From Candidatus Aenigmatarchaeota archaeon (GTDB lineage: Archaea; Aenigmatarchaeota; Aenigmatarchaeia; GW2011-AR5), in NCBI GenBank assembly GCA_016187335.1, contig JACPJW010000001.1, positions 288,001 to 352,000 on the forward strand: a stretch of DNA of 64,000 bases, read 5' to 3'. Positions 55,893 to 62,750 of the stretch are shown piece by piece. Numbering within the stretch: the first letter of the stretch is position 1; every line of letters starts with the position of its first letter. The position numbers and the translations under genes were made by a program. The notes under the pieces are model-generated. The model ran no database searches, was not told where the DNA came from, and saw only the letters and a program-made list of their open reading frames with translations.

Positions 55893-56992
55893 CTGGATAT
55901 TTCTTTCCTGAACAGGTGCGGCACGGAAGAAATTATAAATGAAAGCAGCTTGATTTTGGGCATTTTCTTCCATGAAACGGTGAACTTGTCGTAGTCAAAG
56001 TCGTGCAGTTCCTGCAAAGATGGGCCGAAATCCCTGAACAGTCCGTCGACATCCTTGTTTGTAAGCCACCTGTAGATGCGCCGGAATAAAAGCTGCCTCC
56101 TTATCTCGGCGCCGTAGTCCTTTTTCCATTTCCTTTCATAAGACGACAGGAAATTCTCGCCAAAAAGATTTTTCTCGAATGCCTCCTGAATGACAGCAGC
56201 GGCATGTTTCGCCGCCCTCATGGAAAACATGATGCCGCCGCCGGTTATCGGCTTGTTCTGTCCGCACGCGTCTCCTATCAGCAAAGCCCGGTCCGCAAAG
56301 GATTTCGTGGTTCCAAGGCACATCGGGAATCCGTAAACTGTCCCGTTGCCTAATGCCTGCTTTTGCCTGAAATATTCCAGATATTCATTGGGCCTTAACG
56401 ACGATATGAGCCCGTATTCGTCGTTCTGCGGTATGACCCATGAGAAAAAGTCCGGTGAGAAGTATTTATTGAAAAAGACCCTTATTTCCCCTTCCATTAC
56501 GCTGTCTGCTCTCACCATAAGGCCGAATACCATCCTGGGATCGGCTATGCCAAGGGATTTTCTTACAAAGGAATTTGCCCCGTCGCATCCGACGAGAAAT
56601 TTTGCGTTGATGCTCTCGCCGTTGACGCTGACGGAATAGTGGCCGTCGCGGTATTCAACGCTTTTTACGAAGCCGTTGATGAAATCCGCGCTTCTCATCG
56701 CCCTGCTCCGCATGTAGTCAAGGAACATTTCCCTTTTTAGTATGTAGGCAAAGGGGGCTTCCGACGAAATTTCTATTTCACTGCCGGACGGCGAGACCAG
56801 GTTCATCCTTGTTATCCTGTTTTTTATGAAGTGCCTTGAAGGAAACAGCTTTTCAAAACCCGTCGATACGATTCCCGAGTCTTTTGGAAGCACTTTCCTG
56901 TCCTTTTCTATTACAGCTATGTCCAGGCCCCTGAGCGCGGATGCTAAATAGCTTCCGCCTATTCCTGACCCTACGATTGCGACATCGTACAT
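55889..56992 (-). CDS. Geranylgeranyl reductase-family FAD oxidoreductase
   Basis: VGSGIGG, VGCDGANS, FSWVIP, IGDACGQNKPITGGGI. Confidence 0.87.
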   Translation of the reverse strand: MYDVAIVGSGIGGSYLASALRGLDIAVIEKDRKVLPKDSGIVSTGFEKLFPSRHFIKNRITRMNLVSPSGSEIEISSEAPFAYILKREMFLDYMRSRAMRSADFINGFVKSVEYRDGHYSVSVNGESINAKFLVGCDGANSFVRKSLGIADPRMVFGLMVRADSVMEGEIRVFFNKYFSPDFFSWVIPQNDEYGLISSLRPNEYLEYFRQKQALGNGTVYGFPMCLGTTKSFADRALLIGDACGQNKPITGGGIMFSMRAAKHAAAVIQEAFEKNLFGENFLSSYERKWKKDYGAEIRRQLLFRRIYRWLTNKDVDGLFRDFGPSLQELHDFDYDKFTVSWKKMPKIKLLSFIISSVPHLFRKEISS

Positions 56993-57076
56993 TGGTTAAA
57001 CTAAAGCCGTAAAATTATTAAGACTGAGCATTTCATGCCGCTTAAGAATGTAACCGACAATTATTCTGCGGGGATT

Positions 57077-57913
57077 ATGGTCTACGAAATTTTTGAAAAT
57101 TACTGGAAACCCCTGATGTTTTTCACGCTTATGCTTCTCGTGGCTTCGTCAGCTGTCCTGATCAACAACCTTCTTACGAAAGGCTCTATTCTGGAAAGGG
57201 ATACCGAGCTTTCAGGCGGCAAGATGATAAGCATGGAAGTGGATTCCGCTGACCTGCCGGCAATAACCGCGGAGATTCCTTACGCTTCCGTCCGCATGGC
57301 TTCGGGCCAGACGAAAAACCTCATTGTGGAAATACCTTTTGACAATGACGAGTCAGCTGTTATAGAAATTGTGAAAAAGCACGCCAATGTCATCGGCGAG
57401 CCCAGCATCAGGACAGTGGGCCCTGTTCTGGGCGACATATTTTTCCAGCAGGCGATGTTCGCGCTCGCCGTGGCTTTCCTCGCCATGGTCGTCATAGTAT
57501 TCATGCTCTTCAGGTCGTTGGTGCCGGCGGGAATAGTTATCCTAGCTGCGGTCACTGACATAACCGTGAGCCTGGGTATACTTCACCTCATCGGCGTCAA
57601 GCTTTCGTTGCCTGTCATCGCCGCTCTGCTGGCGCTCATAGGATATTCGGTGGATACGGACATACTGCTTACTTCCGAGATACTGAAGACCGGCAGGAAA
57701 AATATAGCCGAGAGCATTGACAAGGCGATGAGGACCGGGCTGACCCTTACAGGAACCACTCTTGTCGCGCTGCTCGCCATATATTTCGTCTCCGGCTCCG
57801 TGGTGCTGCAGCAGATATCGCTCGTCATGATGATAGGCCTGCTCGTGGACGTTCCTGCAACATGGTTCACCAATGCGGGGCTCCTCCGGTGGCATTTTGA
57901 GAAAAAGGTGTAA
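57077..57913 (+). CDS. secF: Protein translocase subunit SecF
   Basis: ELSGG, VGPVLG, IGYSVDTDILL; GGGGA RBS before ATG 57077. Confidence 0.9.
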   Translation: MVYEIFENYWKPLMFFTLMLLVASSAVLINNLLTKGSILERDTELSGGKMISMEVDSADLPAITAEIPYASVRMASGQTKNLIVEIPFDNDESAVIEIVKKHANVIGEPSIRTVGPVLGDIFFQQAMFALAVAFLAMVVIVFMLFRSLVPAGIVILAAVTDITVSLGILHLIGVKLSLPVIAALLALIGYSVDTDILLTSEILKTGRKNIAESIDKAMRTGLTLTGTTLVALLAIYFVSGSVVLQQISLVMMIGLLVDVPATWFTNAGLLRWHFEKKV

Positions 57914-57915
57914 GC

Positions 57916-59655
57916 ATGGACTACAAGTTTCTGCTCTGGGCCGCTTCGATCCTGCTGGCTGCTGCCATAGTTGTGTACGCAAAACTGCCTTTCGTTGTTT
58001 TCATAATTGTTTCGCTGCTCTCTTCAGCGGCATTGCTGCCGAAGGATATCACCAGGAATCCAAGGGTTATCATACTTGTATTTTTCATCGTCGTGTCGCT
58101 GCTTTTCATAAACCCTAACACGAATCCCCAGGGAATGAAGGTCACGCATGTAAGCAAGGAATCCCAGCTCAGCGGCGTCAGCACGGGTGATGTTATTATT
58201 TACGTGAACGGGAAGGAAGCCACGCCTGAAGTCCTGAACCTGAACTATTCCGGCACTGTCATTGTGCAGACAAACAAAGGCATCAGGTATTCCAATGTGA
58301 ACGGTTCTCTCGGCATAGCAGCGGAAAACGTGGAATTCAGCAACATCAGGTTCGGCCTTGACCTGAAAGGCGGGGTGCGGGCTGTCATCGAGCCGAATAC
58401 AAGCGACAAAGCAGAAGTGGAGCAGATAATATCAACGCTCCAGACGAGAATAAATGTTTACGGGCTGAGAGAAGCTGTATTCCGCCCTGTTTATTATGAA
58501 AACAAAGCGTTCATAGAAGTGAGCATCGCCAGCGGCAATGATGATGAGCTGCGCTCGCTGCTGGAAAGCCAGGGAAAGTTCGAGGCAAAAATACCTCTTA
58601 TTCTCCGCATACGCGGAAACGAATCTTCAATAAGGCTTAAAGATGACCACAAAATTTCCGTTGGCAATGCAACTGTTTCTATAGAAGGCAAGGAGTACTT
58701 TGCAGGCGGCAGGCTTGTCCTTGACGAGATTCCCCTCGAGGTAGGCGATGTCACGAAGGATTATGTGAACCTGACATCCACGGTTTTCACGGGCAGCGAC
58801 ATAAAGGTGGTTTTCTTCGACCCGCAGCGCTCAAGGATAGAAAATGCCGGGGATTTCTACAGGTGGTCGTTTGCCGTCCAGCTGAGCAAGGAAGGCGCGG
58901 AAAAATTCGCCGCGGTGACGCAAAACCTGGGAATCGTTCCGGGAGGGTATCTTGACTCGCCGATAGTTCTTTACCTGGACGGCAACTTCATTGACGCCCT
59001 GTCAATTTCATCTGACTTGAGGGGAAAGGTAGTTACGGAAGTCTCCATCAGCGGCGCAGCGCCTACTGTGCAGCAGGCATCCGCAGAAAGGTCGCGCATA
59101 CAGTCCATACTCCGCTCAGGTGCCCTGCCTGTTTCAATATCAATAGTCCAGCTTGAAAATATATCGCCAAATCTTGGAGTAGGATTTATCAGAAACGCCT
59201 TGGCAGCGATGGCCGTGGCCATAGCAGGCGTGGTTGCGATCGTATCGCTGCGTTACAGGAAAATGAAGATTGTCTTTCCCGTGGTGGTGATATCGCTGAG
59301 TGAAATTCTGATAATTCTGGGCTTCGCCGCGCTTGTCGGCTGGACAATAGACCTGTCAGCGATAGCGGGCATCATAGCTTCTGTCGGAACCGGCATAGAT
59401 GCCCAGATTATAATGATTGACCAGGCCCTTCGCAGGGAGGAAGAGGAACGCCTGCTGACGCTCAAGGAAAAATTAAGCCGGGCTTTCTTCGTGATTTTCG
59501 GCTCAGCCGGCACCGTCATTGCCGCAATGTTGCCGCTGATGATACTTGGCTTCGGCCTGCTGCGCGGCTTTGCGATCACAACCGCTGCCGGTGTCATCAT
59601 AGGCATAGCGATAACAAGGCCCGCCTTCGGCGCAATCATCGAGAAGATAGTTTGA
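57916..59655 (+). CDS. secD: Protein translocase subunit SecD
   Basis: GLDLKGG, RINVYGL, SGALP, GTGIDAQI, GLLRGFA. Confidence 0.92.
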   Translation: MDYKFLLWAASILLAAAIVVYAKLPFVVFIIVSLLSSAALLPKDITRNPRVIILVFFIVVSLLFINPNTNPQGMKVTHVSKESQLSGVSTGDVIIYVNGKEATPEVLNLNYSGTVIVQTNKGIRYSNVNGSLGIAAENVEFSNIRFGLDLKGGVRAVIEPNTSDKAEVEQIISTLQTRINVYGLREAVFRPVYYENKAFIEVSIASGNDDELRSLLESQGKFEAKIPLILRIRGNESSIRLKDDHKISVGNATVSIEGKEYFAGGRLVLDEIPLEVGDVTKDYVNLTSTVFTGSDIKVVFFDPQRSRIENAGDFYRWSFAVQLSKEGAEKFAAVTQNLGIVPGGYLDSPIVLYLDGNFIDALSISSDLRGKVVTEVSISGAAPTVQQASAERSRIQSILRSGALPVSISIVQLENISPNLGVGFIRNALAAMAVAIAGVVAIVSLRYRKMKIVFPVVVISLSEILIILGFAALVGWTIDLSAIAGIIASVGTGIDAQIIMIDQALRREEEERLLTLKEKLSRAFFVIFGSAGTVIAAMLPLMILGFGLLRGFAITTAAGVIIGIAITRPAFGAIIEKIV

Positions 59656-59686
59656 ATTTTTAATTTGTATATGGCATTAACTATTC

Positions 59687-60175
59687 ATGTCTATTTCAGT
59701 GGAAGAATTTCGAAGGCTTTATTTCGAAAATCAGACTGTTATTGATAACGCTCGAGCAGAAATAATAAAATTCGCTATTGACTTAGATGTGTTTTTGGAA
59801 AGAATTATAACAATTTATTTTGTAGAAAATTCGACAAAACAGAAGCAATTTTCAAGTTATATTGGTAAGAAAGAATTTTTCTCGTTTCACAGAAAGATAG
59901 AAGTCTTTAGAAAATTGGGTTTAGATAAAAAAGAAAAATACGAAGGTAAATTTAACGAATTAGTCTCTAAGCTTTACTATATCAAGAGTATGCGAAACAT
60001 TGTAGCGCACAATGTTCCTATGATTCATACGCCTGAAATTTGGTATACTGGTGATGATGATAAAGAAAAATTATTATCACTACCTAAAGAACTTCCACAA
60101 TTAAGAGAATCACATGAATTTTGTATGGATGCTCTTGATACTATTTTTTCTGATTTACTAAATGAAAAGAAATAA
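59687..60175 (+). CDS. Hypothetical protein (162 aa, strongly AT-rich)
   Basis: Open frame; composition differs from its neighbours; helical charged sequence with RNIVAH. Confidence 0.65.
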   Translation: MSISVEEFRRLYFENQTVIDNARAEIIKFAIDLDVFLERIITIYFVENSTKQKQFSSYIGKKEFFSFHRKIEVFRKLGLDKKEKYEGKFNELVSKLYYIKSMRNIVAHNVPMIHTPEIWYTGDDDKEKLLSLPKELPQLRESHEFCMDALDTIFSDLLNEKK

Positions 60176-60182
60176 TGCCGGA

Positions 60183-60518
60183 TTATTCCCCCGCTTCCTT
60201 CAGATCCATTATCGCCCGCGCAAGGTCGTTGTTCAGTTCCTCAAGCTTTTTCACAACTGTTTCCCTGTCTTTGCCTGTTTTAGTCATAACGATTTTTACG
60301 TCCTCTTCGTTTACAGGAGCCTTTTCATAGACGTCCCCGGTTATCTGGTAGACTTCCTTGCCCATCATGTCTGCAATCATTATCTGGGGGTTGCTGATAA
60401 TTATTTCCCTGTCCTTTCCCTGGATGATAACCCTGTTCGCCTCCACTTCGCGCACCTTCATGTTCAGTTTCTTCATCATCTCCTGGACCTTTTTCGGGTC
60501 GTGCTTGCCGAACATCAT
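60183..60518 (-). CDS. nac: Nascent polypeptide-associated complex protein
   Basis: MMKKLNM, VIIQG, YQITG, EEDVKIVM..TG, NDLARAIM. Confidence 0.92.
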   Translation of the reverse strand: MMFGKHDPKKVQEMMKKLNMKVREVEANRVIIQGKDREIIISNPQIMIADMMGKEVYQITGDVYEKAPVNEEDVKIVMTKTGKDRETVVKKLEELNNDLARAIMDLKEAGE

Positions 60519-60555
60519 ATCACGTTTATAATTTGCCCGGACAATTTAAATATAC

Positions 60556-61731
60556 ATGTTCGCTGAGATGCTGTTTTTCGCTGCTGCCGGCATATTCTTC
60601 GGTGTTGTTTTTGGCCTTGTTCCGGGGCTGCACCCGAACACGATAATACTTTTCACTCCCGTCATCGTTTCTGTTATAAGCAATCCTTTGTACGCCGTTG
60701 CGTTTCTGGTTTCCATGGGGATTTCCAACGTGATTATAGATTTCATTCCGTCAATAATTCTCGGTGCTCCTGACGCCGAGAAGGAGCTCGCCGTCCTGCC
60801 CGGCCACTCTTTCCTTCTTCAGGGGCGCGGATATGGAGCTGTGAAGCTTTGCGTCACCGGCGCCGTGCTGTCCATGATTTTATGCGTTGCTCTGCTGCCT
60901 CTCATCGTTCTTGCCGTGCCGCTTCTTTACGCCTTGATAAAGGAATACGTCTGGCTGATTCTTGTGTTCGCCGTGTCCTTTATCATATTGAGCGGCGACA
61001 AGATGCTTCTGTCGCTGGCGTGCTTTGTTTTTTCCGGGCTCATCGGCGTTTTCGTTTTCAGGCTGCCGATTAATCCTGTTATGGTCTTGTTTCCGGTTCT
61101 CTCCGGCCTTTTCGGCGTGAGCATGATTTTCTTTTCTTCCGGGCAGAAAATCCCTGGACAGCGCATGTCTGACATAGAAATATCTTCAAGAGCGAGGAAC
61201 CGCTCGGCGGTTGCGGGAACGCTGGGCGGCATAGTTTCCGGTTTCCTGCCCGGCCTGGGTTCCAGCCAGGTGGCATCTTTCATGAGCGTTGACAAAAGCA
61301 AAGAGTCGTTCCTTGTTTCAATGGGCGCCATATCCCTTTCAAACCTGTTTCTTTCGTTGATTTCGCTGTGGCTTATTGAAAAGTCAAGAAGCGGCGTTGC
61401 CGTGGCTATCAGCTATGTTTCGCCCGTCGGATTCAAGGAATTCCTTCTGATAGTCTCTGTTTCGTTGCTTTCTTTAGGTGTTTCCTGCATTCTTGCATTG
61501 TTCATCGCGGGTAAATTTTCATTGCTGGTCGGAAAAATAGATTACCGTGTCATGAGCATGGCAGTCGCTGTTCTGATTGTTTTCATGAGCTTTGTTTTCA
61601 CCGGCTTTTACGGGCTCTTTGTTCTTTTCGTGTGCACGTCCCTGGGGATTTTTGCAAATGCCGCAGGCGTCAGGAGAGGGCTTCTTATGGGCGTCCTCAT
61701 AGTGCCCACGATTTTGTATTTCATTTACTAA
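60556..61731 (+). CDS. Tripartite tricarboxylate transporter TctA-family (DUF112) permease
   Basis: GLVPGLHPNT, IPSIILGAP, VLPGH.LLQG, FLPGLG. Confidence 0.85.
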   Translation: MFAEMLFFAAAGIFFGVVFGLVPGLHPNTIILFTPVIVSVISNPLYAVAFLVSMGISNVIIDFIPSIILGAPDAEKELAVLPGHSFLLQGRGYGAVKLCVTGAVLSMILCVALLPLIVLAVPLLYALIKEYVWLILVFAVSFIILSGDKMLLSLACFVFSGLIGVFVFRLPINPVMVLFPVLSGLFGVSMIFFSSGQKIPGQRMSDIEISSRARNRSAVAGTLGGIVSGFLPGLGSSQVASFMSVDKSKESFLVSMGAISLSNLFLSLISLWLIEKSRSGVAVAISYVSPVGFKEFLLIVSVSLLSLGVSCILALFIAGKFSLLVGKIDYRVMSMAVAVLIVFMSFVFTGFYGLFVLFVCTSLGIFANAAGVRRGLLMGVLIVPTILYFIY

Positions 61732-61785
61732 TCGGCGTTTGCAAAAGTATATATATTCCGGCGTGAAATTAATTACTGTGATGAA

Positions 61786-61989
61786 ATGGCTAACAGGCAT
61801 ATAAAAATAATAAACGGCCGGAGATATTATTACGAGTCCATCAGGAAGGGCAAGAAGGTATTAAGCAAGTATCTTGGTCCTGTCGACGAAAGAAAAAGAA
61901 AGCCCAAGATGCAGCCTGCTGAGCAGCAGCCCGCAACGCAGGTGGAACAGCAGTCGGAGCAGGCGCCCGAAGAAACCTACATCGGCTAG
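61786..61989 (+). CDS. Small basic putative nucleic-acid-binding protein (67 aa)
   Basis: KIINGRRYYY..IRKGKKVLSKYLGP, followed by a Q/E/P-rich tail. Confidence 0.7.
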   Translation: MANRHIKIINGRRYYYESIRKGKKVLSKYLGPVDERKRKPKMQPAEQQPATQVEQQSEQAPEETYIG

Positions 61990-62033
61990 TGCATCAACTG
62001 GTTCTTCAGAATAAAGAAAGCATAATTAAGTTA

Positions 62034-62058
62034 GAAAAAAAATGCCGGGACATTTTCC
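62034..62058. terminator. Hairpin with T-tract downstream of the histone gene
   Basis: Minus strand reads AAAATGT-CCCG-GCATTTT followed by a T run, immediately after the histone stop. Confidence 0.5.
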
Positions 62059-62059
62059 T

Positions 62060-62236
62060 TCAGATGTCCCTGCCCTTGATGGTTGTCCTTCTGTTCGCCT
62101 TTGCCCTTTCGGATGCGCGTTCCACGAGCCTGTGAACTTCCTTGCTCAAAGCCTCGGTAGCGTCCCCACCAAGATTCATCTTTTTCTTCTTGGCAAGCTC
62201 CCTTACCTTGCTCCTTACGACAAGCATGTCTGCCAT
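62060..62236 (-). CDS. Minimal histone-fold protein (58 aa, short-alpha2/DUF1931-like), not in ORF track
   Basis: AGGTGA RBS 5 nt before the ATG. Translation MADMLVVRSKVRELAKKKKMNLGGDATEALSKEVHRLVERASERAKANRRTTIKGRDI, with the RxTxxxxD clamp motif. Confidence 0.9.
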   Translation of the reverse strand: MADMLVVRSKVRELAKKKKMNLGGDATEALSKEVHRLVERASERAKANRRTTIKGRDI

Positions 62237-62298
62237 TCATATCACCTGATTTATTTTTGTAACGAGGCTTTTTAACATTTACGTGCGTATAAGTATCG

Positions 62299-62697
62299 AT
62301 GGTTTATTTCGTAAGGGGCGTTTATTCCTTCCGTGGGGATGAAAATCCATACAGCGGAATTTTCACGATAGAAAAAAACCTGATTATTGGCTGGATTCTG
62401 GACTATACTTCACAATCCCCTCTTCATAGGGTTAAAGGGAAAGTAACGCATTCGGATGGTAAAATTAGTCTGAAGTTTGTAAAGCGGCCCGAATCTTCAT
62501 TGCTTATTCCTATCATTTACAATTTAGAAAAGCCTGCCGAAGGCGGAATACCAGGCAGATACGAGGGTCTTTGGAAGCATCAAGAGCCGGGAATTGAACT
62601 GGATATTGGATACGAACGCGGGATTGGAGAAATTGCAACTATTTCGAGAGTAGAAAGTACAAATAAAACGCGCCTTGTTCTGGATTCAAAAATTTAA
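62299..62697 (+). CDS. Hypothetical protein (132 aa, beta-rich)
   Basis: Open frame, more AT-rich, inserted between the histone gene and polB. Confidence 0.6.
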   Translation: MVYFVRGVYSFRGDENPYSGIFTIEKNLIIGWILDYTSQSPLHRVKGKVTHSDGKISLKFVKRPESSLLIPIIYNLEKPAEGGIPGRYEGLWKHQEPGIELDIGYERGIGEIATISRVESTNKTRLVLDSKI

Positions 62698-62750
62698 TTT
62701 TCTAGACCTCTGAGAAGGTCTGTCGTTTTGATTAAACTTTTCTGAAAAGT

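Noticed and set aside
62031-62240. 69-aa ORF in the track (MNGRHACRK...)
   Set aside because: Wrong frame. The RBS spacing and a clear histone fold support the 62060-62236 frame instead.
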